A program made the translations under genes and the position numbers. The notes under the pieces were generated by a model, which worked only from the letters and a program-made list of their open reading frames with translations, ran no database searches and was not told the origin of the DNA. DNA of 62,144 nt, filler included, from Acidimicrobiia bacterium (GTDB lineage Bacteria; Actinomycetota; Acidimicrobiia; Spongiisociales; JAHEDJ01), in the NCBI GenBank assembly GCA_029210695.1. It is 3 parts of 3 records of this genome, joined end to end, with 100 filler letters (N's around TTAATTAATTAA, not from the genome) between each part and the next. Parts side by side here need not be neighbours in the genome. Positions count along the whole stretch, not along the records: positions 1 to 29,004 come from JARGFH010000006.1; 2 more parts are not named here. The stretch is one strand, 5' to 3'. The stretch's first letter is position 1; every line of letters begins with the position of its first letter. Below, one piece after another: positions 18,036 to 26,719 of this stretch.

Positions 18036-18470
18036 ATGAATGAACCACGGGTAAGGACGAAGCTGCTCGTCAGCGCCGACCCACTCGACATCGCCCGGGT
18101 GGCCGAGAGCATCAGCTCGCCCGAGAGCGGAGCTTCGGTCATCTTCACCGGAACGGCGCGCAACTACTCGCCGGGCAAGACCGGAGTGACGCACCTCGAC
18201 TACGAGGCCTACCCGGAGCAGGTCGAAGCCAAGGTCGGAGCAATCGTCGTAGAAGCAAGGGAGAAGTGGTCGATCTTGCATGTGACGGTTGCCCATCGCG
18301 TCGGGCGCGTCGATGTCGGAGAGCCGTCGGTGGTGGTGGCCGTCTCATCCGCTCACCGGGCCGATGCGTTCGAAGCCGCCAGGTTCCTCATCGATGAACT
18401 CAAGGAGCGGGCGCCGATCTGGAAGAAGGAACACTGGAGCGGTGGCGCAGATTGGGTCGAGGGAGCCTAA
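18036..18470 (+). CDS. moaE: Molybdopterin synthase catalytic subunit
   Basis: GASVIFTGTARN, LDYEAY, HRVG, SSAHRADAF, LKERAPIWKKE. Confidence 0.93.
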   Translation: MNEPRVRTKLLVSADPLDIARVAESISSPESGASVIFTGTARNYSPGKTGVTHLDYEAYPEQVEAKVGAIVVEAREKWSILHVTVAHRVGRVDVGEPSVVVAVSSAHRADAFEAARFLIDELKERAPIWKKEHWSGGADWVEGA

Positions 18471-18475
18471 GAGCA

Positions 18476-18518
18476 GGTTCTCGGTTGTAGGTTCTACGTT
18501 CTGGGTCTTCGGTTCCGG
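18476..18518 (+). repeat. Heptamer array family A, single arm
   Basis: GGTTCTC GGTTGTA GGTTCTA CGTTCTG GGTCTTC GGTTCCG. Confidence 0.75.
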
Positions 18519-18612
18519 AGCTCTCGAGCGCGAAAAGTCCCGACATTCCGACGCGGAGGCGTGACCGTGAATAGAATGCCCCCACCCGGACGGACGGTGG
18601 AGGTAGGGGTCG

Positions 18613-19401
18613 TTGCTTGAAGTGGCCAACCTGGAAGTCGTATATCACGATGTGATCCTCGTGCTGCGGGGGATCTCGTTTCAGGTTCCCGAGGGGAAGA
18701 TCGTGGCCCTGCTGGGGGCAAACGGCGCCGGCAAGACCACCGTCTTGCGCGCCATCACTGGTTTGCTCGACGTCCACAACGGAGACATCACCAAAGGCGA
18801 GATCAGCGTCGACGGAAGCGTCATCACCAAGGCTCGCCCATCACAGATCGTCGGGCGGGGGGTAACGCAGGTTCTCGAGGGCAGGCGGGTGTTTGGAGAG
18901 TTCACCGTCGAAGAGAACCTCCGCGTTGGCGCCCATACCAGCAAGGGCGATGTGGAATCGCATACCTCTCGCGTCTTCGACCTCTTTCCGATTCTCAAAG
19001 AGCGACGCAAGTCGCTGGCCGGCTACCTCTCCGGCGGAGAGCAACAGATGCTCGCCATCGGCCGCGGGATGATGTCCGATCCCAAGTACCTGCTCCTCGA
19101 CGAGCCCAGCCTCGGGCTCGCCCCTCTCCTTGTTCAGCAGATACGCGACATCATCGTCGAGATCAATGAGCAGGGGACCGGGGTGCTCCTCGTCGAGCAG
19201 AACGCCAACATGGCCCTCTCGATCTCAGAACACGGATACATCATGGAGACCGGGAAGATCGTGATGGACAAGCCTTCTGATCAACTCATGCGGGACGAAG
19301 ACGTCCAGGAGTTCTACCTCGGTCTGCACGCAGCCGGCGGCGAACGGAAATCCTTTCGGGATGTCAAGCACTACAAGCGACGGAAGCGGTGGTTGTCGTG
19401 A
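18613..19401 (+). CDS. ABC transporter ATP-binding protein (LivF-like)
   Basis: GANGAGKT, LSGGEQQM, LLLDEPS, VEQN. Confidence 0.93.
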   Translation: MLEVANLEVVYHDVILVLRGISFQVPEGKIVALLGANGAGKTTVLRAITGLLDVHNGDITKGEISVDGSVITKARPSQIVGRGVTQVLEGRRVFGEFTVEENLRVGAHTSKGDVESHTSRVFDLFPILKERRKSLAGYLSGGEQQMLAIGRGMMSDPKYLLLDEPSLGLAPLLVQQIRDIIVEINEQGTGVLLVEQNANMALSISEHGYIMETGKIVMDKPSDQLMRDEDVQEFYLGLHAAGGERKSFRDVKHYKRRKRWLS

Positions 19402-20222
19402 GCGACCATCTGCTGGCCTTCAACGAAGTACGGCTCTCGTTCGCCGGCGTCACCGCCATCGATGGGGTCAGCTTCCACGTCGACGACGGGGAACTCTTCG
19501 CCATCATTGGTCCGAATGGCGCCGGCAAGACATCGATCTTCAACTGTCTGAATGGTGTTTATCATCCCCAGGAAGGCGCCATCCTCGTCGACGGAACCGG
19601 GATCGTCGGCATGAAGCCACACCGCATCGCCCAGTTGGGGGTTGCGCGAACCTTCCAAAACATCGAACTGTTCTCCAACCTGACCGTGCTCGACAACATC
19701 CTGCTCGGCCGCAATCTCCGCATGAAGTCCGGCGTGCTTGCTTCCGCCCTGTTCTGGGGATGGGCGAAGCGAGAAGAGACCGAGCACCGAAGACGGGCTG
19801 AGGAGATCATCGACTTTCTCGAGATCGAAGCCCACCGCAAGAGCCTGGTCGGGATGCTGCCCTACGGCATCCAGAAACGGGTCGAACTGGGTCGGGCGCT
19901 GGCGATGGACCCGCGCATCCTCTTGCTGGACGAACCGGCCGCCGGGATGAACCTCGAGGAGACCGAGGACATGGCTCGCTTCATCCTCGACATTCAGGAT
20001 GAGCTCGGCATCGCCATGATCCTCGTAGAGCACGATATGGGTCTCGTGATGGACATTGCCGATCGGGTAATGGTCCTCGACTTCGGTCGCAAGATCGCGG
20101 AGGGTCTGCCGGCGGCCGTTCAGCGAGATCCGGACGTGATCAAGGCGTACCTCGGCGAGGAGTTCGAACCACACGGCGATGAACCCATCGGTGTCGCCAA
20201 GGAAACAGGTGATCAACCATGA
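19398..20222 (+). CDS. ABC transporter ATP-binding protein (LivG-like)
   Basis: GPNGAGKT, RTFQN, LPYG, LLDEPAAG, VEHDM. Confidence 0.93.
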   Translation: MSDHLLAFNEVRLSFAGVTAIDGVSFHVDDGELFAIIGPNGAGKTSIFNCLNGVYHPQEGAILVDGTGIVGMKPHRIAQLGVARTFQNIELFSNLTVLDNILLGRNLRMKSGVLASALFWGWAKREETEHRRRAEEIIDFLEIEAHRKSLVGMLPYGIQKRVELGRALAMDPRILLLDEPAAGMNLEETEDMARFILDIQDELGIAMILVEHDMGLVMDIADRVMVLDFGRKIAEGLPAAVQRDPDVIKAYLGEEFEPHGDEPIGVAKETGDQP

Positions 20223-22072
20223 CGAGCACGCTCGAACGTTCAGGCACCGGCGCCTCCGCTCTGGGAGTCAACAGCATTCCTGCCCTCCTCCGGTCGATTG
20301 CCCGGGAGGAGCCGAATCGGGTAGCTCTCCGGGAGAAAGAGTTCGGGATCTGGCAGGAGACCACCTACGGCGGCTACTGGGACCTGGTGCAGGCAGCCGC
20401 GATGGCGATGTGGTCGCTCGGCGTCCGCCCGGGCGACAAGGTGGCCATCCAGTCGGAGAATCGGATCGCCTGGGTGGTGTCCGACATCGCCGCCGCTGCG
20501 ATTCAAGCCGCCTCGGTCGGTTTGTATGCCACCAATCCGGCCGCCGAGGTCGAGTACCTGCTGTGGCACAGTGAGGCGAAGGTGCTCATCGCCGAGGATC
20601 AGGAACAGGTCGACAAGGCGCTGGCGGTGAAGGACAGCCTGCCGAATCTCACCAAGATCATCTACGTGGAACCGCGCGGCGTTCGGTCGTACAACGATCC
20701 GATGCTCATGTCGTGGGAGGTGTTCCTCGGCCTGGGCAGGGCGGCACTCGAGGAGTCACCGCGCCGCGTCGATGAACTCGTCGACGGTATCGACCCGAAC
20801 GAGGTTGGGACGCTGGTGTACACATCGGGAACGACCGGTCCGCCTAAGGGCGCCATGCTCTCCCACAACAACATGATTTGGGTGGCGGAGAGCGGGCGAA
20901 AGCTCATTGCCGGTGAATCCGTGCCCCAATCGGTCCAATATCTTTCGTACCTGCCGCTGTGTCACGTCTTCGGACGCCTCTACGACCTGGCCGGCGCCCT
21001 GGCCATGCGGGCGACGGTCAACTTCGCCGAGTCCATCGAGACCGTTGTTTCGGACCTGACCGAGATCCAGCCGACCTACTTTCCCGCTCCGCCGCGGATC
21101 TGGGAAAAGATGCACGCCGGCGTGCAGATCCGCATGGCAGATGCCTCGCCGATCAAGAAGGTCCTCTACAAGATCTTTCTCAGCACCGGCATGAAGAACG
21201 CCGATCGGCTCCTTGGCAAGGGATCCCGGGGCTTGTGGGGAAGCATTACACACGCGGTCGGTGATGTGCTCGTGTACCGGGCACTCAAGAGGAAGATCGG
21301 GATGCAGAGGTGCCTGCAGGCCGTCAGCGGTTCGGCGCCCATCGCCCCGGAAGTACTCAAGTTCTTCATGGCTCTCGGCGTCCCCATCTACGAGGGATGG
21401 GGGATGACCGAGACAACGGCGGTCGGCACCGTGACCACCCGCGACGAGATCGAACTGGGCACGATCGGCAAGCCGATCGACGATGTGGAGATCGAACTGG
21501 CGGAAGACGGCGAGATGCTGGTCCGTTCACCCGGGATCTTCCTGGGCTATTTCAAGAATCCCGAGGCAACGGCCGAGACGATCGACTCCGAAGGATGGAT
21601 GCATACGGGTGACGTTGCCGAGTGGACGGAGCGGGGTTTCCTGCGCATCGTCGACCGCAAGAAGGACATCATCATCACCGCCGGTGGAAAGAACATCTCA
21701 CCCTCGGAGATCGAGAACAAGCTGAAGGTCTCTCCCTTCATCAAAGAGGCCATGGTCATCGGGGACCGTCGCAAGTTCCTGACCGCACTGATCGGAATCG
21801 AGTTCGACACGGTGGCCAACTGGGCTCTGCGGAAGAACATCACCTTCACGACCTATCGCGACCTGTCCGAGAAGCCGCAGGTCCGGGAGCTGATCCAGAA
21901 AGCAGTCGACACTGCCAACGAACACTTTGCCAGGGTCGAGACGATCAAGAAGTTCGCGCTCATCCCCAAAGAACTGGATCATGAGGAAGGCGAACTCACG
22001 GCTACGCAGAAGATCAAGCGCCGCGTGTTGACCGACCAATTCTCCGACATCATCGAGGAGATGTACGCGTGA
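20219..22072 (+). CDS. Long-chain-fatty-acid--CoA ligase (AMP-binding)
   Basis: YTSGTTGPPKG, YLPLCH, EGWGMTE, HTGD, DRKKDIIITAGGKNISP. Confidence 0.92.
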   Translation: MTSTLERSGTGASALGVNSIPALLRSIAREEPNRVALREKEFGIWQETTYGGYWDLVQAAAMAMWSLGVRPGDKVAIQSENRIAWVVSDIAAAAIQAASVGLYATNPAAEVEYLLWHSEAKVLIAEDQEQVDKALAVKDSLPNLTKIIYVEPRGVRSYNDPMLMSWEVFLGLGRAALEESPRRVDELVDGIDPNEVGTLVYTSGTTGPPKGAMLSHNNMIWVAESGRKLIAGESVPQSVQYLSYLPLCHVFGRLYDLAGALAMRATVNFAESIETVVSDLTEIQPTYFPAPPRIWEKMHAGVQIRMADASPIKKVLYKIFLSTGMKNADRLLGKGSRGLWGSITHAVGDVLVYRALKRKIGMQRCLQAVSGSAPIAPEVLKFFMALGVPIYEGWGMTETTAVGTVTTRDEIELGTIGKPIDDVEIELAEDGEMLVRSPGIFLGYFKNPEATAETIDSEGWMHTGDVAEWTERGFLRIVDRKKDIIITAGGKNISPSEIENKLKVSPFIKEAMVIGDRRKFLTALIGIEFDTVANWALRKNITFTTYRDLSEKPQVRELIQKAVDTANEHFARVETIKKFALIPKELDHEEGELTATQKIKRRVLTDQFSDIIEEMYA

Positions 22073-22965
22073 CGACGTTCCTGCAGGCCACGGTCGCCGG
22101 GCTTTCGCTGGCCTCGATCTACATGCTGCTGGCGCTCGGGTTCGTCATCATCTACAAGTCGATGCAGGTGCTCAGCTTCGCCCATCCAGCCATCATGTTG
22201 TTCGCTGCCTACATGGTGTCCTGGTTCTCGGTCGACAAGGATCTGAACTTCTGGCTGGCGCTGGCGCTCGGGGTCGTAGCCGCCGGCGCCATGGGGTGGC
22301 TGGCGGAGCGGATCGCGGTGCGCCCGATGATCGGGAAGCCGCTGTTCGCCATTGCCATCCTGACGATCGGTCTCGACATCGCCATCCGCACGCCGATCAA
22401 CAACCTGATCGGAATCAATATTCGTTCGGTCGGAGATCCCTGGGGGTTCGGAACCTGGCAGATCGGTGGGGTGGTCGTCCAGCACCGTGCGGTCGCCATG
22501 ATCGTTACCGCCTTCATCGTGGGCAGCTTGCTGTTCGCCTTCTTCCGATATTCGAGAGTTGGCCTGGCCATGCGAGCGACGGCCATCGACCAGGAAGTCG
22601 CTCTGGCACAGGGGATTTCGGTTGGACGGATCTTCTCGCTGGCCTGGATCATGGCGGGCGCCATGGCGGCTCTAGCCGGAACGTTCGCTTCGTCCGATCT
22701 GAGCGGCCTTTCACAGAGCACCTATATCGTGGCTCTGAAGGCCCTTCCGGCCATCGTCGTAGGCGGCCTCGATTCGATCGGCGGGGCAGTGGTGGGGGCG
22801 CTGATCATCGGCCTCGCAGAGGCATACACCGCCACGTATCAGAGTCAGCACCTGAGTTTCCTGGGTGGCAACTTCAGTCAGGTAGTCCCGTACCTCGTGC
22901 TGCTGATCGTGTTGCTGATCAAACCGTACGGGTTGTTCGGGACCGAGGAGGTTGAGCGGGTATGA
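22069..22965 (+). CDS. ABC transporter permease (LivH-like)
   Basis: Multiple TM helices; GLAMRA, GGLDS, KPYGLFG. Confidence 0.92.
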   Translation: MTTFLQATVAGLSLASIYMLLALGFVIIYKSMQVLSFAHPAIMLFAAYMVSWFSVDKDLNFWLALALGVVAAGAMGWLAERIAVRPMIGKPLFAIAILTIGLDIAIRTPINNLIGINIRSVGDPWGFGTWQIGGVVVQHRAVAMIVTAFIVGSLLFAFFRYSRVGLAMRATAIDQEVALAQGISVGRIFSLAWIMAGAMAALAGTFASSDLSGLSQSTYIVALKALPAIVVGGLDSIGGAVVGALIIGLAEAYTATYQSQHLSFLGGNFSQVVPYLVLLIVLLIKPYGLFGTEEVERV

Positions 22966-24071
22966 GAGGCCGTCCGAACCTCTTCACCCGGTACGAGGCG
23001 GATGCCGGCATCTTCCCCAGCAACACCCAGCGGGTCTGGTTCGTCATCGGTTTGATCGCGGTTGCTGTACTCCCCATCTGGCTGCCGCGCGACTGGATGA
23101 TCTTGATTGCCACGGCGTTCATCGCGTCGGTGGGAGTGATCGGCCTGAACCTCATCACCGGATATGCCGGCCAGGTCTCGCTGGGTCACGCCTTCTTTCT
23201 GGGTATCGGCGCCTATGCAGGAGCTGCACTGGGCGGGGCGGCGACGGATCGCGTAACGGGACTCGGCATCGACATCCTCATCTGGCTGCCGGCGGCCGGC
23301 CTGGCCGCCGGGTTGGTCGGAGCGATCATTGCCCCCGTCGCAGTACGCCTCAGAGGTCTCTACCTGGCGTTCCTAACGCTCGGCCTCGTGTTTCTCGGCG
23401 AGCACATCTTCCGCGAGTGGGACTCCGTGACTGGTGGGCCCGGGATCGGGCGAGAGCCTGCGGAACTCAGTTTGCTCGGGTGGAGGTTCGACCTCGATGG
23501 CACCATCGGTGGTTTCAATGTCACCCGCGAACAGCAGATCTACTGGCTCGGGCTGGTGGTGCTGATCTTCATGGGGTTCATGGCGAAGAATCTGGTCCGC
23601 TCCCGGATCGGGCGGGCCTTCGCGGCGATCCGCGATCGGGACATCGCCGCAGAGGTGATGGGTATCGACCTGACCCGGTACAAGGTACTCGCCTTTGCGG
23701 TGTCGTCGTTCTATGCGGGGGTAGCGGGAGCGTTGTTGTTCACGGTGACGGGATTTGTGAACACAGCCTCCTTCAACCTGCTGCTCTCGATAAACTACAT
23801 CGCGATGGTGGTGATCGGCGGGGCAGCCAGCATTGCCGGTTCGATCATGGGGGCGGCGTTTCTCACCTTGTTGCCGCGCATGATCGACGCCGCCGGTGAT
23901 GTGCTGCCCTTTCTGGAGGTGGGTTCGCAAGGCATACTGAGCACGTCGCAACTCGAGCGGGTCATTTTTGGTGTTCTGATCATCGCCTTTCTGATCTTCG
24001 AGCCGATGGGGCTCTACGGCATTTGGATTCGGATTCGAAACTACTGGAAGGCCTGGCCTTTCTCGTACTGA
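22962..24071 (+). CDS. ABC transporter permease (LivM-like)
   Basis: GLNLITGYAGQVSLGH, RLRGLYLA, GRAFAAIRD. Confidence 0.92.
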   Translation: MRGRPNLFTRYEADAGIFPSNTQRVWFVIGLIAVAVLPIWLPRDWMILIATAFIASVGVIGLNLITGYAGQVSLGHAFFLGIGAYAGAALGGAATDRVTGLGIDILIWLPAAGLAAGLVGAIIAPVAVRLRGLYLAFLTLGLVFLGEHIFREWDSVTGGPGIGREPAELSLLGWRFDLDGTIGGFNVTREQQIYWLGLVVLIFMGFMAKNLVRSRIGRAFAAIRDRDIAAEVMGIDLTRYKVLAFAVSSFYAGVAGALLFTVTGFVNTASFNLLLSINYIAMVVIGGAASIAGSIMGAAFLTLLPRMIDAAGDVLPFLEVGSQGILSTSQLERVIFGVLIIAFLIFEPMGLYGIWIRIRNYWKAWPFSY

Positions 24072-24095
24072 GGCTTCCGGGGTAGCCCGGATGAC

Positions 24096-25532
24096 ATGAG
24101 GAGGAAAGAAGACGTGAGACGACTACGAAGATGGAATGTCCTGGCGCTGCTGGCCGCGTTTGCACTGGTGCTGGCGGCCTGCGCGCAGGATTCGACCGAC
24201 ACCACGGTGGCGGATACGGCACCAGATACAACGGTGGCGGATACGGCACCAGACACAACCGTGGCGGATACGACACCCACCGAAACGACGGTGGCCGACA
24301 TGATGATCACCACCGGTCCGGGTGTAACTGAGGAGCCGTGCCCGGGTGGTAACCCCGATCGCGGATGCATCTACCTCGGTGTCCTGACCGACGAATCCGG
24401 TCCGTTCGCCGGCGCCTCGGCCGGTCTGTACGGCGGCCAGAGCCTGTTCTGGGCGACGGTCAATGCCGGAGACGGCATCAGCGGCGCCTACGACGTGGCC
24501 ATCCCCGAGAACCTCAAGAAAGACACCGCCTACCAGCCTGAGAAGCTCGTCGCCGACTACAACACGATCGCCGAAGATGTGGCCGCCATCGCGCAGTCGC
24601 TCGGCACCCCGCAGACATTGGCGGCGCTCCCCGACTACACCAGGGACAGCACGATTGCCGCTCCAATGTCGTGGTGGTCCGGCTGGGCCTTCGAAGACCT
24701 CGTCATCGAGTTCGGCACCGGCTACTGCTTCGAGGCCATGAACGCGATCGACTGGGCGGTGCAGGCTGTGCCTGCGGCCGGCCGGACGTTCGCCACCATC
24801 GGCATTCTCGAGTTCCCGAGCGACTACGGCTTCGACTACGCGGCCGGTGTGAAGACCGCGGCCGAAGCCAACGGTCTCACCGTGGCATGGGAAGAGACGG
24901 TCATTCCGGTCTCGGCCGGCGGTGACCCTGCTCAGACTGAGGCGGTCGCCAAGATCGTCGCCGATCCGGCCGATGTCATCATTCTGGTGACGGGTCCGTC
25001 GGAGACGGCCGCCATCGTTGGTGGCGCCGCTCAGCAACTGGGCGCCAGCGTCCCGCTGTTCATCGGTGCGGCTCCTTCATGGAACTCGGCGCTGCTGGCC
25101 TCGGCCGCTGCTCCCGCCTTTGAGCTGGGTATCTACTACCAGTCCTCATTCGTGGGTGGTTGGGACTACGACTCCGCCGGTCACGAGAAGATGCGGCAAG
25201 CGGTGACGGCAGCCGGATTCCCGGCCAACGACTTCTTCATCTCCGGATGGGTGTCGCAGTACGGCCTGAAGGCGGCGCTCGAGGGAGCCTATGCCTCAGG
25301 TGATCTGTCACATGAGGGGATCATGAATGCTGCCTTTGCGCTGACCGATGTCGACTATGAGGGCATGATGCCGTCGCGATCGTTCGCCGGTGACCCCAAC
25401 GACGTATTCCCCAGGGAAGGCGTCATTGGTGGGTACTCGGCCGATGCGACGACCGGTATCGCAACGGTTCAGGACTTCTTCGTCGGTCCGACCGCGGAGA
25501 GCTACGAGTTCACTGAAGCCTGCGCCGGGTAG
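24096..25532 (+). CDS. ABC transporter substrate-binding lipoprotein (PBP type 1)
   Basis: Lipobox LVLAAC; Thr-rich linker; IYLGVLTDESGPFA; start could be GTG 24114. Confidence 0.88.
   Translation: MRRKEDVRRLRRWNVLALLAAFALVLAACAQDSTDTTVADTAPDTTVADTAPDTTVADTTPTETTVADMMITTGPGVTEEPCPGGNPDRGCIYLGVLTDESGPFAGASAGLYGGQSLFWATVNAGDGISGAYDVAIPENLKKDTAYQPEKLVADYNTIAEDVAAIAQSLGTPQTLAALPDYTRDSTIAAPMSWWSGWAFEDLVIEFGTGYCFEAMNAIDWAVQAVPAAGRTFATIGILEFPSDYGFDYAAGVKTAAEANGLTVAWEETVIPVSAGGDPAQTEAVAKIVADPADVIILVTGPSETAAIVGGAAQQLGASVPLFIGAAPSWNSALLASAAAPAFELGIYYQSSFVGGWDYDSAGHEKMRQAVTAAGFPANDFFISGWVSQYGLKAALEGAYASGDLSHEGIMNAAFALTDVDYEGMMPSRSFAGDPNDVFPREGVIGGYSADATTGIATVQDFFVGPTAESYEFTEACAG
24198..24278 (+). repeat. 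Intragenic 27-bp tandem repeat x3 (DTTVADTAP linker)
   Basis: GACACCACGGTGGCGGATACGGCACCA-like unit repeated three times in frame. Confidence 0.9.
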
Positions 25533-25554
25533 CAAGAAGCGTTACGAGCAATCT

Positions 25555-25586
25555 GTTTGGGGGGCCGCTGATGCGGCCCCCCAAAC
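25555..25586. terminator. Perfect 14-bp hairpin, probable terminator
   Basis: GTTTGGGGGGCCGC TGAT GCGGCCCCCCAAAC between convergent genes. Confidence 0.75.
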
Positions 25587-25604
25587 GCGTGGTGGGGCAA
25601 AAGA

Positions 25605-25622
25605 GCAATTGGCAATTGGCCC
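25605..25622 (+). repeat. Heptamer array family B arm downstream of four-helix-bundle gene
   Basis: GCAATTGGCAATTGGCCC; 17/18 inverted match to 26066-26083. Confidence 0.85.
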
Positions 25623-25638
25623 AGCTCCGTGGGCGCGG

Positions 25639-26016
25639 TCAGGCGGGGGTCGTCTTCGTTGCCTCGACTCGGAGCTTGCGGATCAGTGAACTGAGCATTC
25701 TCTGAGCCCGTTGAGTTTCAGCTAGAAGTGGTCCGAGGTGGCCTTCCTCTAGAAACCCGAGGCGATGTGCGATGACTAACTGGCACTCGACCTCAGCGCT
25801 AGAACCTCGGGCGTATCCAAGAAAACGGGCAAGATCACGTTGCGAGTCGCGGCCGGAACCTTCCGCGATATTCGATGGAATCGACACGGCTGCACGCCGG
25901 ATCTGGCTCGTCAGGCCAAATCTCTCGGAACCGGGGAACCTGCTCGATGCTTCGTAGATATTTGTCACGAGTCGGATCGAGAGATGCCATACATCTAGGC
26001 GACGGAAGTCTTTCAC
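25639..26016 (-). CDS. Four helix bundle protein (TIGR02436 / 23S-IVS-protein / bAvd-like family)
   Basis: MKDFRRLDVW...FPGSERFGLTSQIRRAAVSIPSNIAEGSGR...RFLGYARGSSAEVECQL...RMLSSL. Confidence 0.93.
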   Translation of the reverse strand: MKDFRRLDVWHLSIRLVTNIYEASSRFPGSERFGLTSQIRRAAVSIPSNIAEGSGRDSQRDLARFLGYARGSSAEVECQLVIAHRLGFLEEGHLGPLLAETQRAQRMLSSLIRKLRVEATKTTPA

Positions 26017-26065
26017 TCATGTGTTGTACATCAGCCGAGGGACAAGAACGGAGACACTGAGCCGG

Positions 26066-26107
26066 GGGCCAATTGCCAACTGCCAATTGCCAGCGGCCAT
26101 CGGCCGC
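26066..26107 (-). repeat. Heptamer array family B inverted arm upstream of four-helix-bundle gene
   Basis: GG GCCAATT GCCAACT GCCAATT GCCAGCG GCCATCG GCC. Confidence 0.85.
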
Positions 26108-26108
26108 T

Positions 26109-26684
26109 CTACCGTTCGCCCGCGACCCGCCACAGCACTGGGAGCAGCATGCCGGCCGCCATGATCTTCAGAAGATCGCCGACCACGAACGGCGCGAACC
26201 CGGCGGTCAATCCACCGGCGAGGTCCGTGCCGAGCACGTGCATCAGCCACGGGACACCGCAGAGGTAGATCACGGCGTTGCCGGCCAGCAGGGCGGGGAC
26301 GGCCGTCACAACTCTGCGGTCTTGTCGCTGCTCTGCGAGGTAGCCGACGATTGCCGCTGAGATGACGAAGCCGGCCAGGTATCCGGCGGTGGCGCCGGAG
26401 GCGTAGGTCCATCCGCCCTCGCCGCCCTGAAAAACCGGAAACCCGGCGAGACCGATTGCCACATACAGGGCTTGCGCGGCCGCACCAGCCCGGAATCCGA
26501 GGGCCGCCCCACTCAACAAAACCGCGAAGGTCTGGCCCGTCAGTGGCACCGGGGTGATGCCGAGCGGAATCCGGATTTGGGCGGCGAGCGCGGTCAGTGC
26601 GGCAAAGGTGACGACCAGAACCGCGGTCGAGACCCGGGTGCGTGGCAGGATGCGGGTTGACAGTACGGGGGCGTTGGCTTGCAA
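26109..26684 (-). CDS. bioY: Biotin transporter BioY
   Basis: TPVPLTGQTFAVLL, GLAGFPVF, GATAGYLAGF, PFVVGDLLK. Confidence 0.93.
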   Translation of the reverse strand: MQANAPVLSTRILPRTRVSTAVLVVTFAALTALAAQIRIPLGITPVPLTGQTFAVLLSGAALGFRAGAAAQALYVAIGLAGFPVFQGGEGGWTYASGATAGYLAGFVISAAIVGYLAEQRQDRRVVTAVPALLAGNAVIYLCGVPWLMHVLGTDLAGGLTAGFAPFVVGDLLKIMAAGMLLPVLWRVAGER

Positions 26685-26719
26685 GAATGTCTCCTCTCGA
26701 CCGATCTGAGGGTATCGAC

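Noticed and set aside
25639..26016. Diversity-generating retroelement or 23S rRNA intervening sequence
   Set aside because: An Avd-like fold alone is insufficient: no reverse transcriptase, no TR/VR pair and no rRNA gene in the window.
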